From the NCBI GenBank assembly GCA_934130375.1, contig CAKOXW010000004.1, positions 25,421 to 89,420 on the forward strand: a stretch of 64,000 nt of DNA, in the 5' to 3' direction. The position numbers were made by a program, and so were the translations under genes. Shown here piece by piece: positions 1 to 11,441 of this stretch. Under the pieces are notes generated by a model. That model had not been told where the DNA came from and made no database searches. It saw nothing but the letters and a program-made list of their open reading frames with translations. The stretch is from an uncultured Bacilli bacterium. Lineage in GTDB: Bacteria; Bacillota_I; Bacilli_A; RF39; UBA660. Position 1 is the stretch's first letter; each line of letters starts with the position of its first letter.

Positions 1-1063
<1,063 letters not shown>

Positions 1064-1098
1064 TCAATATTGTGGGAGTATATAAACTCACCAATTCA

Positions 1099-1371
1099 TT
1101 AATGCCTTGCTATGTACTCTGATAATTCAGACAATGGGATTTTCTTCTTTAAATTCCCTATATAAAAATGTTTCTGCTCATTGAAGAATAGGTATAACTT
1201 ATCTTCAATAATTACTTTATGTGGTTCTACATACGCTAAATTGGTATGTTCCACAATCCTTAAGTATCCTTCAATTATTTGATAGGATTTCTTATTAAAT
1301 TTGCAAGACCAATTAATTTTGGCTTTGAGTTCATCACTCATATTGATTTTCTTTTTTACGATATTAATCAT
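1099..1371 (-). CDS. hypothetical small protein between the recombinase and tRNA-Gly
   Basis: 90-aa ORF in the track, same strand as its neighbours. No motif recognised. Confidence 0.4.
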   Translation of the reverse strand: MINIVKKKINMSDELKAKINWSCKFNKKSYQIIEGYLRIVEHTNLAYVEPHKVIIEDKLYLFFNEQKHFYIGNLKKKIPLSELSEYIARH

Positions 1372-1464
1372 ACCACATCACACCCTTTCTTTGCAATAGC
1401 AACAAAAAAATCAACTTGCGTTGATTTAATCATTAACATCGCTTGGTGCGACGATTTTATCTTT

Positions 1465-1539
1465 TGGAGCAAGTGATGGGAATCGAACCCACGTCTCAGC
1501 CTTGGCAAGGCCACGTACTAGCCGTTGTACTACACCTGC
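1465..1539 (-). tRNA. tRNA-Gly (anticodon GCC), CCA encoded
   Basis: Reverse complement reads GCAGGTGTAGTACAACGGCTAGTACGTGGCCTTGCCAAGGCTGAGACGTGGGTTCGATTCCCATCACTTGCTCCA. It has a 7-bp acceptor stem, a GTTCGATTC T-loop and an anticodon loop CTTGCCAA. A hairpin AATCAAC-n4-GTTGATT plus T-run follows at about 1405-1430. Confidence 0.9.
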
Positions 1540-1583
1540 ATAAATATGCCTTTTTCATTAAAAGCATATTTATAATAACACAT

Positions 1584-3257
1584 TTATTTAATATATTCAA
1601 GAATTTTTGAAACTTTTATTTCTAAATTTTCATCACTATCTCTTCTTTTTAACTCAATAATTCCTTCTGATGCCCTTTTCCCAACTACAATTCTATATGG
1701 AACACCAATTAAATCCATATCATTTAGTTTAACACCAAGTCTTTCATTTCTATCATCTAATATAGTATCTATATTATTTTTCATTAATTCATCATACAAA
1801 TCATTTGCAACTGTATTTTGAATTTCATCCTTAGTATTAACAATTACAATACTTGTTTTAAAAGGCGCAATCGCATCTGGCCATATTATGCCTTTATCAT
1901 CATTATGTTGTTCAACTACTGCTGCCATACATCTTCCAAGTCCGATACCATATGAACCCATTACAACTGGTTTTAGATTATTAAATTCATCACTATAATT
2001 TAATCCTAAAGCTTCTGAATATTTTGTACCAAGTTTAAATGTATTACCTATTTCTATACCTTTTTTAAAGTATAATCTTCCTCCACAATTTGGACAAATA
2101 TCTCCTTCTTTTACATTAACTATATCTGCTACTATATCATAATTAATATCTTTAACATTGGCATTTATATAATGATACCCTTCTTTATTTGCACCACAAC
2201 AGAAATTCTTCATTTTAAGTACTTCTTCATCAATTACAACCTTAGCATTTAAATTAATTGGCCCAGTATAACCAGGAACTGCATTTGAAGTAGCAATAAG
2301 TTCATCATTTGCAAAAGATATTTCCTTAGCATTTAATACTTTTAAAGCCTTAACCTCATTTAGTTCCCTATCTCCCCTTACAAAGAATATTACTAGAGAC
2401 CCATCAACATTCATAAGCAATGCTTTAACACTATCTTGAATATCTATATTTAAGAAATTGCATACATCTTCAATTGTTTCTTTATTTTTAGTTTCTATAA
2501 GTTCGATATTTTTCTCTTCTTTATTGTCATTCTCATTTACTATATGTTTTGTAACCTCAATATTTGATGCGAAATCGCATTTATCACATAATACTAAAGT
2601 ATCTTCTCCTATTTCAGTTAATGCTTGGAACTCCTCTGATAAAAGGCCACCCATTACACCAGTATCTGCTCTTACTATTTTGTAATTTATTCCAATTCTA
2701 TCAAATATTCTTTTATATGCATTAAATACTTTTTCATATGATTTGTCTAAGCCTTCTAAATCTTTATCAAATGAATATGCATCCTTCATAACAAATTCTC
2801 TTACTCTAATCAAACCATATCTTGGTCTTGGCTCATCTCTAAATTTAGTTTGAAATTGATATAGAGTATAAGGCATATCTTTATATGATTTAATACATGA
2901 TAAACTTGCAATAGTAAATAATTCCTCATGAGTTGGCCCAAGAATATAGTCTCTATTAAATCTATCTTTTAAAGAAAATACACTACTACCAAAACTATCA
3001 GTTCTACCAGTTTGAGCATATATTTCACGTGGAATTAACGTAGGCATAGATAATTCCAATAAGCCTTCTTTGTTTAATTCCTCTCTAATTATTGATTCAA
3101 TATTTTTTAATACTTTATAACCTATAGGCAAATACATATAAACACCAGCAGAACTTTTCTTAATCATTCCACTTCTCACAAGTAATTTACCACTAATGGC
3201 TTCTTCATCTTTAACATCTTCTCTAATTGTGTAAAAATAATTATTTTTTAATTTCAT
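1584..3257 (-). CDS. proS: prolyl-tRNA synthetase
   Basis: Track ORF 1584..3290. The protein shows class II aaRS/ProRS features (YQFQTKFRDEPRPRYGLIRVREFVMKDAYSF, an inserted editing-like domain, a C-terminal anticodon-binding region). Start moved to MKLKNNYFYT (M12). Confidence 0.9.
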   Translation of the reverse strand: MKLKNNYFYTIREDVKDEEAISGKLLVRSGMIKKSSAGVYMYLPIGYKVLKNIESIIREELNKEGLLELSMPTLIPREIYAQTGRTDSFGSSVFSLKDRFNRDYILGPTHEELFTIASLSCIKSYKDMPYTLYQFQTKFRDEPRPRYGLIRVREFVMKDAYSFDKDLEGLDKSYEKVFNAYKRIFDRIGINYKIVRADTGVMGGLLSEEFQALTEIGEDTLVLCDKCDFASNIEVTKHIVNENDNKEEKNIELIETKNKETIEDVCNFLNIDIQDSVKALLMNVDGSLVIFFVRGDRELNEVKALKVLNAKEISFANDELIATSNAVPGYTGPINLNAKVVIDEEVLKMKNFCCGANKEGYHYINANVKDINYDIVADIVNVKEGDICPNCGGRLYFKKGIEIGNTFKLGTKYSEALGLNYSDEFNNLKPVVMGSYGIGLGRCMAAVVEQHNDDKGIIWPDAIAPFKTSIVIVNTKDEIQNTVANDLYDELMKNNIDTILDDRNERLGVKLNDMDLIGVPYRIVVGKRASEGIIELKRRDSDENLEIKVSKILEYIK

Positions 3258-3305
3258 AAAAATCACGACCTTATTCGTATTATAACACAAAAAAACAGAC
3301 TACTA

Positions 3306-5291
3306 CTAGTCTATTTTTTCTTCTAAATCACTTTTTACATAGTTAGAGTCTTTGTCTTCTTCATTTGGTTTAAATAATTTCTTATAATAGTTATTTTGAA
3401 GTACCATGTTTGATATTTTAAATTGATTATCTACTAAATTATTTAATTTTGCAATATACTCTTCATCTACTTCTATACCCTCATACCTTGGTATTATTTC
3501 TGAAGTAACAGAATTATATTTAACTTTATCACTAATCCAGCTTCTATTAGCAAGGACAACTAAACCTTCTTTATCAGATAATAAGTCTTGTCCCATTATT
3601 AACCTTGAATCATATTCGATTCCAAATAGGTTAAGAATTGTTGGAAGAACATCAGGATTAGAGCCAACCTTATCAACTTCAATTGTTTCCATTCTGTTAT
3701 TCCATATAATTAAATCAGAGTGGTATAACTCAAATGCATCATCACGGTCTATTGTTGCAACTTCATTTATATTAGCATTACTTAATCCGTATGGGTAATG
3801 GTCAGGTGTTAAGACAATTACTGTATCATCTAATTTCCCTGCTTCTTCTAATCTTTTTATTAATAATTCTAAGGCTCTATCTACTTCTATATTTCCAGCA
3901 ATATAACCTTTTACTTTATCTGAATAAGGTAAATCTTCAACTAAATCCCAGTTCTTTTGAACTATCTTATTAGTTGCTTTAGCATAACTTAAATGTCCAC
4001 TTAAAGTAATATAATATGTGAAAAATGGTGTTTCGCTATCCATATATTCATCTGTTGTGATATCAACCATGTCTAAATCACTTTCATGAAATGTACCACA
4101 TGGTAAATTAAGTCCGTAATAGCATGCTTTAAAATTTGGATACCCAAGAGATTTAAAATATAATCTTCTATTGTAATAATCTCCATTATAATTATGATAA
4201 ACATTTATATTATAATCTTTAAATGAATTGATAAATAGATATGGACTATAAACGTCTTTAGCAGCATACAATGTCAAGGTATCTCCCCTACTTGATATTA
4301 ATGACCACTCTGTTCTAAACTCACCATCAGCAGTACTTGCAGGATATAATGGGGAATAATAATTTGTAAAATTAAAACCGCTATTTGCAAGTTTATACAA
4401 TGTTGGTGTTAAATCTTTATCAATCGCAATCGGATCAAAAGATTCTGCTAAGAAAAATACTACATTCTTGCCATTAAACATACCAGTATAATTATTCTTC
4501 TTTGTACCAATTACGTTAGAAAAATAATTATGTAATGTTTTGATCGTATCATTTTTCTCGTTATTTATTAATTCTTCGAAATTAATATCAATAGTATTGT
4601 AATCAGCTTCTTCTGGTACGTTATTATCTTTTCCAATATCTATTTCAATTTTCTTTTCTTTTAAACCAAATATACTTCTTTCCAAATCTAAATTCATTGT
4701 TGTTAGTAATCCAAATTTTTTAGCAGACAATATTGGAGCATGCGTGTTAAAAAATAGATTATAAGATGAATATATTGCTTTATTATCAAAGAATAAAAAC
4801 ATTGTTGAAAAGTTTATAAACATAAAGAATATTAAAATATACAAAGATATATTTCCTATGCTACTTCTCTTAAAATCAAAGAATTTTTTCTTAAACACAA
4901 AAAACAAGACAAATGGCACAGTTAAACATATATAATTATATAAACTACCAACTATAGTAGATAAAATTGTTCTCCAAAATTCAAACACTTGACCACCATT
5001 GGTCATTGAATATATAGAAAAAACACTATTATACACTTGAAAATATACCATTTGCGCAAAAAATATAAAATATAAAAACGAAAGCAATATTGTTGATAAT
5101 ATTTTATTAATTTTCTCGCTAAATGTAGTTGTTATCATATAAATAACAAGTGCTATTGGCAAACAAAACAGTAACATTTCGTTAAAATCCGAATCAATTA
5201 TATTTTTAAAAACTGTCATTTTATATATACATTCAAAAGAAATAATCGCAAAAACCCAATATATGAGTAAATTAATTTTTCTTTTTTTCAT
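3306..5291 (-). CDS. LTA synthase family protein (N-terminal multi-TM region + extracellular sulfatase-type domain)
   Basis: 661 aa. Five hydrophobic N-terminal segments are followed by a sulfatase-like domain (NVVFFLAESFD..., VIVLTPDHYPYG). Confidence 0.7.
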   Translation of the reverse strand: MKKRKINLLIYWVFAIISFECIYKMTVFKNIIDSDFNEMLLFCLPIALVIYMITTTFSEKINKILSTILLSFLYFIFFAQMVYFQVYNSVFSIYSMTNGGQVFEFWRTILSTIVGSLYNYICLTVPFVLFFVFKKKFFDFKRSSIGNISLYILIFFMFINFSTMFLFFDNKAIYSSYNLFFNTHAPILSAKKFGLLTTMNLDLERSIFGLKEKKIEIDIGKDNNVPEEADYNTIDINFEELINNEKNDTIKTLHNYFSNVIGTKKNNYTGMFNGKNVVFFLAESFDPIAIDKDLTPTLYKLANSGFNFTNYYSPLYPASTADGEFRTEWSLISSRGDTLTLYAAKDVYSPYLFINSFKDYNINVYHNYNGDYYNRRLYFKSLGYPNFKACYYGLNLPCGTFHESDLDMVDITTDEYMDSETPFFTYYITLSGHLSYAKATNKIVQKNWDLVEDLPYSDKVKGYIAGNIEVDRALELLIKRLEEAGKLDDTVIVLTPDHYPYGLSNANINEVATIDRDDAFELYHSDLIIWNNRMETIEVDKVGSNPDVLPTILNLFGIEYDSRLIMGQDLLSDKEGLVVLANRSWISDKVKYNSVTSEIIPRYEGIEVDEEYIAKLNNLVDNQFKISNMVLQNNYYKKLFKPNEEDKDSNYVKSDLEEKID

Positions 5292-5433
5292 TCTTAATCA
5301 CTTCCAATATACCTTATTATATTTTACACTAAAAACAAGTGCTTGTCTATACATTTAGAAATACTTAATTATTTAATAAATTTGACAAATTATTATTTTT
5401 ATGTATAATATTGCATGAAAAAGGGAGGTTTAT

Positions 5434-5772
5434 ATGTCAGAATTTTACGAATTAACAAATGATTATTATTTAAATTGCACTTCTAATTGTGCAGCAGAAT
5501 TAGCAGAAATTAGGGAAACTTTAATTAGTCTTGATAGTGAATATTCAAGTAAAGATGAAGAAATAGCAAAGTTAAAGGCTCAAATTAAAGAATTGAAGGC
5601 TCAAATCAAAAATGCTAAGAAAGAAAAAAGAGTTATTGCAAAAGAAATAACTAAAAATGAAAGATATCTAGAAGTAGATGTTAGATTTTTAGAGGATTTA
5701 AATAGAGGTATGGCAAATAGAGGTGGAAAACACCTTGTTGACTACCAAGGAAGACATGTAAAAACAAAATAG
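5434..5772 (+). CDS. hypothetical coiled-coil protein
   Basis: 112-aa ORF with RBS GGGAGG upstream of the ATG. Heptad-like KLKAQIKELKAQIKNAKKEK. An intrinsic terminator follows directly. Confidence 0.55.
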   Translation: MSEFYELTNDYYLNCTSNCAAELAEIRETLISLDSEYSSKDEEIAKLKAQIKELKAQIKNAKKEKRVIAKEITKNERYLEVDVRFLEDLNRGMANRGGKHLVDYQGRHVKTK

Positions 5773-5796
5773 AAATCAATTAGATTTCTATTTTTA
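5770..5796 (+). terminator. intrinsic terminator
   Basis: TAGAAATC-aatta-GATTTCTA perfect 8-bp stem followed by TTTTT. Confidence 0.7.
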
Positions 5797-5836
5797 TTTG
5801 AAAATAAAAACCCATTAAAGGGTTAATTTTAAAATT

Positions 5837-5910
5837 TGGAGGGCCTAGTCGGATTTGAACCAACGCTCGGGGAGTTGCAGTCCCATGCCTTACCACTTGG
5901 CTATAGGCCC
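5837..5910 (-). tRNA. tRNA-Cys (anticodon GCA), CCA encoded
   Basis: Reverse complement reads GGGCCTATAGCCAAGTGGTAAGGCATGGGACTGCAACTCCCCGAGCGTTGGTTCAAATCCGACTAGGCCCTCCA. Acceptor stem GGGCCTA/TAGGCCC, T-loop GGTTCAAATCC, anticodon loop CTGCAAC. Confidence 0.85.
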
Positions 5911-5967
5911 ATCACAGTGATAATTGTACCATACTACCACTGTATTATCAATATTTTTTTGATTTTT

Positions 5968-7524
5968 TTATTTTAAATTATACTTATAAGTAACATTTCT
6001 TACTTTGAAGATTAAGTATATACTGCTAGCATCCTTTGCTCTTTTATTAACAGCAAGGGAAATTTTATTACCAACATACCCAGTTGGTGTAATATTATTT
6101 ATCTTTTCACTATATTCTATACCATCAACAACGTAGTATAATGTTGCATATTTTTCTAATAAATCACTAAATATATTTATAAAATTAATATTTCCTAGAT
6201 TAAATTCATAAGATAATGTTAATACTAAATCACTACCATATGATACTTTTCTATTCATACCATTTATTTGATATGTTTCCTGTTCACTAATATTATATTC
6301 AAGTATTTTTAAATTTGTGTTCTTTAAATATAAGTCAGCAAATTCTAATAATTCTGGAATATTTTTAACGACTTTAATATTATTTTCATCAATACTAATA
6401 GGTTTTAAAGAAGTCCTTTTATATACTGCATTTACTTCTTTTTTATTATAATTTAACTTATCTGTATATCTAATTACTAAATCACCATTTATATCATTTT
6501 CATTAATTATGTACACTGCTATAAACTCTTTTGTGCCCTTTGATATTTTTTGATTACTATAACCTTTTCCAATATCTAGAAATGAATTATAATAAGTTAC
6601 TTTAGGCATATATACATCATTTTTAGTTTCTACTCTAAGGTTATCTAAATTAAATGTTATTTCATTATCAGTATTATTAATTATATTAAATTTAACTATT
6701 AAATAGTTATTTGTATCTTTAAATAAAGATAAACCTTTATAATCTAATTTAGTAATATAAGACTCAACAATTTGTAAATCATAATTCTTAAACTTAATAA
6801 CTTCCCCTTCTTTATATCTTTTATTTTCTATTGTATATTTTGCATATAAACTTCCTGGAAGTACAATAAACAAAAGAATAAGTATTATTATGATAATGCC
6901 TTTATATTCATAGAAAAATGATTTTAATTCTTCTTTTTGCATGGCCATTTTCATTTTATACTTTTCAGCATCAAATCCAGTAGTTATTTCTACTTCTTCA
7001 TTATCTATTTCATCTATTTTTAATTGTTGCAAATCTTCACCAAAATTAAATTTCTTAAAATCAAATCCAATTGTTCTAATCAAATTAACAACAACAAATG
7101 CTATTTGAAGCAAAAAGACTATTAACCATATATCTCTATATAATCTTGCCATTTTTGGTTCAATACCTTCAATATAAATTGTATTAATTATTTGCCTACT
7201 TACAATTGATATAACTATAAGTGCAACATAGAATACAACTGAGATAAAATAATAAAGTATTGGTTTATCTTTTTCTTTAAATAGTATTATTATTAATATT
7301 GATAAAGCAATTATGATTAGAGGCAATAAAATCATACTTGTTGGTATAGTATCTTTTGCTAAAGTGGCACTACTACTTAAAACCTGTCTTGTAGATGCAT
7401 ATTCCTTAAAAAACGAAGATGCAATATTTGTCCTTATTGCAAGATATGTTGATACTATTAACATTATAAAATGTATTAATTTAAAGTTCTTAATTAAAAA
7501 TGCATAAGGTTTTCTAATTATCAT
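5968..7524 (-). CDS. hypothetical polytopic membrane protein with a beta-rich extracytoplasmic C-terminal domain
   Basis: 518-aa ORF with several N-terminal TM segments, one more TM near residue 210, then a soluble domain. No family recognised. Confidence 0.6.
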   Translation of the reverse strand: MIIRKPYAFLIKNFKLIHFIMLIVSTYLAIRTNIASSFFKEYASTRQVLSSSATLAKDTIPTSMILLPLIIIALSILIIILFKEKDKPILYYFISVVFYVALIVISIVSRQIINTIYIEGIEPKMARLYRDIWLIVFLLQIAFVVVNLIRTIGFDFKKFNFGEDLQQLKIDEIDNEEVEITTGFDAEKYKMKMAMQKEELKSFFYEYKGIIIIILILLFIVLPGSLYAKYTIENKRYKEGEVIKFKNYDLQIVESYITKLDYKGLSLFKDTNNYLIVKFNIINNTDNEITFNLDNLRVETKNDVYMPKVTYYNSFLDIGKGYSNQKISKGTKEFIAVYIINENDINGDLVIRYTDKLNYNKKEVNAVYKRTSLKPISIDENNIKVVKNIPELLEFADLYLKNTNLKILEYNISEQETYQINGMNRKVSYGSDLVLTLSYEFNLGNINFINIFSDLLEKYATLYYVVDGIEYSEKINNITPTGYVGNKISLAVNKRAKDASSIYLIFKVRNVTYKYNLK

Positions 7525-7582
7525 AAAATGCCTCCTTAATATTCTTATTTAATTATACTATATAAGTAAGTAAAAAAAAAGA

Positions 7583-8038
7583 CTACTTTGCGTCTTTTCT
7601 TTGTGGATATTTCTTTTTTTCTTCCATCATATATTCAGTTATTGCAGTTTCTATCTCATCAAGAGCATCTTTTGATACATTTGAAATATATGCTAGTTCC
7701 TTAACAGTATCAATTACAATTTGTCCCCAAATAATACCTGAATTAACTTTTAAATCATTAAACATATCTGGAGTTACAGCATAGAAAAAGTATCCAAAAA
7801 ACAACCTTTTTCTAGCAAATAATAATCTTTTATTTGTTAAAGCAACTACAAATGTATTAGGCACCGCAATTGATGATGAATTTTTTTGACCTGCAAAAAT
7901 ATATACTATTTCCTCACCCGGATTTAAATGTTTATCTAATATTTTACAATGTGCTTTTAATCTAAACGCTATTGTTCCTTTATGCTTTTTCTTAAATTCT
8001 AGTACTTTTTTATAACTATCCATATTATCACATCCCAT
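7583..8038 (-). CDS. hypothetical protein, possibly a bacterial PH-like domain
   Basis: 151-aa ORF. The family assignment is only an impression from the sequence pattern. A hairpin AAAGAC-n8-GTCTTT plus T-run overlaps the stop codon. Confidence 0.45.
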   Translation of the reverse strand: MGCDNMDSYKKVLEFKKKHKGTIAFRLKAHCKILDKHLNPGEEIVYIFAGQKNSSSIAVPNTFVVALTNKRLLFARKRLFFGYFFYAVTPDMFNDLKVNSGIIWGQIVIDTVKELAYISNVSKDALDEIETAITEYMMEEKKKYPQRKDAK

Positions 8039-9026
8039 TATCTTCTAAAAATTCTTTTAAACTATCCTCATCTAAAACTTCCATTTTATATGATTTAATT
8101 TTACCATTTTTTACTATTATATTAACTGGTACAAACCATGTATCTTCAAATATCTTATTAGAATTATTTAATAATTCCCAATCACCAACAGTTGTAACTT
8201 CATCTAAATTCAAATAATTAACCTTAAACTTCTTAGTTTTAGAAACATCATCTAAAACTCTATTCTGCTCTTTACAACTAGTATCAGAACACATATAAAT
8301 ATAAGTTAATTCTTTAGAATTCAATAATTTAATATACTCAGAAACATTTATCTTATTAAATGAATAAGCATCAACTGGTTTTTGTGAATTTGTAACAAAA
8401 CTCTTAAGTACATTATAATCTCTAGTTGCAGATTCTTCTTTAATTATTTTACTATCCTTTACTGATATTAATACTGGAGCACTTATACCATTATATATAT
8501 TCTTAATCTCATCATCAGTTAAATTACTAATATTTAACTCATTAATCTTAATCTTCATTTCACTTTCTAACTTAGAAACATTACTCTTAGATATATTGCA
8601 CTCACTACAATCATCTTTAATTAAATATATATAACTAATATCTTCACCATTAAATAAATCTAAATATGTATTATAATTTATCTCATTAAATTTATAATCA
8701 ACACCTTGTTTTTTTGGTTTATTGAAAATAATACCACACACGAAAACTATACAAATAAGTACAATCAAAGTAACAATTTTCCTAATAGATATTTTCCTCT
8801 TAACATTTTTTTCTTTAGGAACCTCATTATCAACTATATTCTTACTATTATCTACCTTGTTATTCTTAAACCCATTCTCTATGTTACTAACTTTACTAAT
8901 TTTTTTAGGACTTTTCCCTGTAATACTCTTCTTAGGTGTAATATTTTTTGTTACTTTTTTAGATTTATTATTTTTTTTACTACTAGACTTACTTACAGAT
9001 TTCCTTTTTTTCTTCTTATTAGCCAT
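8028..9026 (-). CDS. membrane-anchored protein with Lys-rich N-terminus and two thioredoxin-fold-like modules
   Basis: Start moved to MANKKKKRK (RBS GGGGTGA). One TM segment (IVTLIVLICIVFVCGIIF), then two similar ~110-aa modules, each containing a Cys pair (DDCSECN; CSDTSC). Confidence 0.55.
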   Translation of the reverse strand: MANKKKKRKSVSKSSSKKNNKSKKVTKNITPKKSITGKSPKKISKVSNIENGFKNNKVDNSKNIVDNEVPKEKNVKRKISIRKIVTLIVLICIVFVCGIIFNKPKKQGVDYKFNEINYNTYLDLFNGEDISYIYLIKDDCSECNISKSNVSKLESEMKIKINELNISNLTDDEIKNIYNGISAPVLISVKDSKIIKEESATRDYNVLKSFVTNSQKPVDAYSFNKINVSEYIKLLNSKELTYIYMCSDTSCKEQNRVLDDVSKTKKFKVNYLNLDEVTTVGDWELLNNSNKIFEDTWFVPVNIIVKNGKIKSYKMEVLDEDSLKEFLEDNGM

Positions 9027-9131
9027 GTTTTCACCCCATAACAATCTAGTATTATTATAGATAATTTATGATAAATAGTCAATAAATTAACCACTTTTAT
9101 ATTTATACATATATTATGATAGGTGTTTAAT

Positions 9132-9359
9132 ATGAATGAATTAATATCATTAAATGATGTGGTTATAAGTGAAGAATATATTATTGATAAAGTACTAGTT
9201 GATGATAAAAGATTTTATAATCTAGGTATTATTGAGAATTCTAAAATAAAAGCATTATATAAAAGCCCTTTTGGAAATCCAACCGCATACTTTGTAAAGG
9301 GCTCAATTGTTGCGATTAGAAATGATGATGCGAAATTAATCATTGTAAGGAGGTTTTAA
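9132..9359 (+). CDS. feoA: ferrous iron transport protein A (FeoA domain)
   Basis: Small SH3-like protein immediately upstream of feoB with abutting coordinates. ATG at 9132 preferred over GTG at 9123. Confidence 0.75.
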   Translation: MNELISLNDVVISEEYIIDKVLVDDKRFYNLGIIENSKIKALYKSPFGNPTAYFVKGSIVAIRNDDAKLIIVRRF

Positions 9360-11441
9360 ATGGGACTTACAAGTAAAGCCATGGGCAAAAATGTTTTTAA
9401 AAATTTTTATAAAGATAACGATAGTGATATTGTAGTTGCCCTTTTAGGTAATCCAAATGTCGGCAAAAGCACAATATTTAATAATATGACTGGCATGAAT
9501 GAACACACTGGCAACTGGACTGGCAAGACTGTTGAGTATGCATCTTCAAAATACACGTACAATGAGGAAGATTTTATTCTAGTAGATTTGCCTGGTACTT
9601 ATTCTCTAATACCAACATCAAAAGAAGAAGAAGTAACAAGAGATTTTATCGCATTTAATAAACCTCTTGTAACTGTTGTTGTAGTCGATGCTTGCTCACT
9701 AGAAAGAAATTTATCACTACTTCTTCAAGCAAGAGAAATATCAAATAATGTAATACTTTGTATTAACCTTATGGATGAAGCTAAAAAGAAAAAAATTGAA
9801 ATTGATTTAGATATTTTAGAAAAAGAATTAAATGTACCAATTGTTACAACTTCAATTGATAATAAAAATGGAATTGAAAAATTAAAAAATAAAATTTATA
9901 AATGTGCATTTGAAAATAATGACATGGTGTCATTAAATATGCCTGATAATATAAGGAATTGTGTTATTAATATTGATGAATATTTAAAAACTATTATAAA
10001 TTACAAAAATACAAAATGGCTAAGTTTAATGTTGTTATGCGATGATAGTATTAAAAAATCTATATACACATACCTTGGCTACAATGTAGAATGTGATAAA
10101 TATTTAGTTGAATTAATTAAGAAGGCTAAGGATAATGTTATTGATATTAGCAAGACTATTGCAAAAAGATACTTTTTAGAAGCAACAAGAATATTTATAA
10201 AATCAGTTACATTTATTGAACTGGACTACACAAAAAAAGATGAAAAGATTGATAAATTTCTTACATCTAAAAAAACAGGTATGCTAGTTATGATTCTTTT
10301 ATTTAGTTTAATATTTTTTATAACAATAAAAGGTGCTAATATACCATCAGAATTACTATCTAATTTCTTATTTTGTATAGAAAAATACATAAAATCCATC
10401 CTTAGCCTTCTAAGTATTCCACCAATTATCATAAATGCACTAATAGATGGCGTATACAAGACTTTAGCATGGGTAATATCCGTAATGTTACCACCAATGG
10501 CAATCTTTTTTCCACTATTCGCACTGCTAGAAGACAGTGGATACTTACCTAGAATAGCATTTAACATGGATAGATTATTTCAAAAATGTGGAACAAGCGG
10601 AAAACAATCACTAACAATGTGTATGGGATGTGGATGCAATGCGTGCGGAGTAATGGGCGCTAGAATAATATCAAACAGAAAAGAAAGACTAATTGCAATA
10701 CTTACAAACGTATTCATGCCATGTAATGGTAGATTTCCAACACTTATTACATTAATTATTATTTTTATAACATCAAATTCTATTTTCTCATCCCTAACCT
10801 TAATGGTATTAATAATAATATCAGTATTTACAACACTACTAGTATCTAAAATATTATCTAAATTATTAAGCAATAAAGATAAACAAACATTTATACTAGA
10901 ACTACCACCATATAGAAAACCATCAATAATAAAAACTATTATAAGATCATTTCTTGACAAAACCTTAGCGGTTCTAAAAAGAGCAATAATTATTTCTATA
11001 CCAATGGGACTTTTAATATGGGTACTATCTAACACATATATAAATGATATAGCAATTATTAAGATACTATCTCAATTCTTAGACCCATTTGCTAAAATAT
11101 TTGGTCTAGATGGAGTAATATTACTTTCATTCATCCTTGGATTTCCTGCTAATGAAATAGTTATACCTATTGCAATAATGATATACCAAGGTAATTCATC
11201 ACTAACTTCTCTAGATATAAATTCCTTAAACTTCTTACTAACAGAAAATGGTTGGAACTATATAACTGCAATATGCACGATGGTATTTTGTTTGATGCAT
11301 TTTCCATGCGGTACGACTGTACTTACTATAAAAAAAGAAACCGGAAGCGTATGGTATACTCTATTATCTATTGTAATACCTACCCTTGTTGGTTTAATAT
11401 TATGTTTCTTAATAAAAACTATTTTATTATTAATAATTTAG
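9360..11441 (+). CDS. feoB: ferrous iron transporter FeoB
   Basis: N-terminal G domain (GNPNVGKSTIFN, DLPGTYSL) followed by a polytopic permease with Cys-rich gate motifs (CMGCGCNACGV). Confidence 0.9.
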   Translation: MGLTSKAMGKNVFKNFYKDNDSDIVVALLGNPNVGKSTIFNNMTGMNEHTGNWTGKTVEYASSKYTYNEEDFILVDLPGTYSLIPTSKEEEVTRDFIAFNKPLVTVVVVDACSLERNLSLLLQAREISNNVILCINLMDEAKKKKIEIDLDILEKELNVPIVTTSIDNKNGIEKLKNKIYKCAFENNDMVSLNMPDNIRNCVINIDEYLKTIINYKNTKWLSLMLLCDDSIKKSIYTYLGYNVECDKYLVELIKKAKDNVIDISKTIAKRYFLEATRIFIKSVTFIELDYTKKDEKIDKFLTSKKTGMLVMILLFSLIFFITIKGANIPSELLSNFLFCIEKYIKSILSLLSIPPIIINALIDGVYKTLAWVISVMLPPMAIFFPLFALLEDSGYLPRIAFNMDRLFQKCGTSGKQSLTMCMGCGCNACGVMGARIISNRKERLIAILTNVFMPCNGRFPTLITLIIIFITSNSIFSSLTLMVLIIISVFTTLLVSKILSKLLSNKDKQTFILELPPYRKPSIIKTIIRSFLDKTLAVLKRAIIISIPMGLLIWVLSNTYINDIAIIKILSQFLDPFAKIFGLDGVILLSFILGFPANEIVIPIAIMIYQGNSSLTSLDINSLNFLLTENGWNYITAICTMVFCLMHFPCGTTVLTIKKETGSVWYTLLSIVIPTLVGLILCFLIKTILLLII

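Noticed and set aside
3258-3305. T-box leader upstream of proS
   Set aside because: Only ~48 nt separate proS from the upstream gene, far too short for a T-box. No specifier or antiterminator structure is visible.
8706-9060. Two overlapping plus-strand ORFs (111 and 112 aa)
   Set aside because: They are antisense to the Lys-rich N-terminus of the 8028-9026 gene. AAG/AAA runs read backwards give stop-free Phe/Leu-rich frames. No RBS.
9058-9081. Fur-box-like sequence TAGATAATTTATGATAAATAGTCA upstream of feoA
   Set aside because: It only partly matches the GATAATGATAATCATTATC-type consensus. In DNA this AT-rich such matches are expected by chance, so it is not reported as a feature.
10226-11035. 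Minus-strand ORFs of 113 and 151 aa, plus the plus-strand ORF 11252-11638
   Set aside because: They lie entirely inside or out of frame with feoB, whose G-domain and permease motifs are unambiguous.
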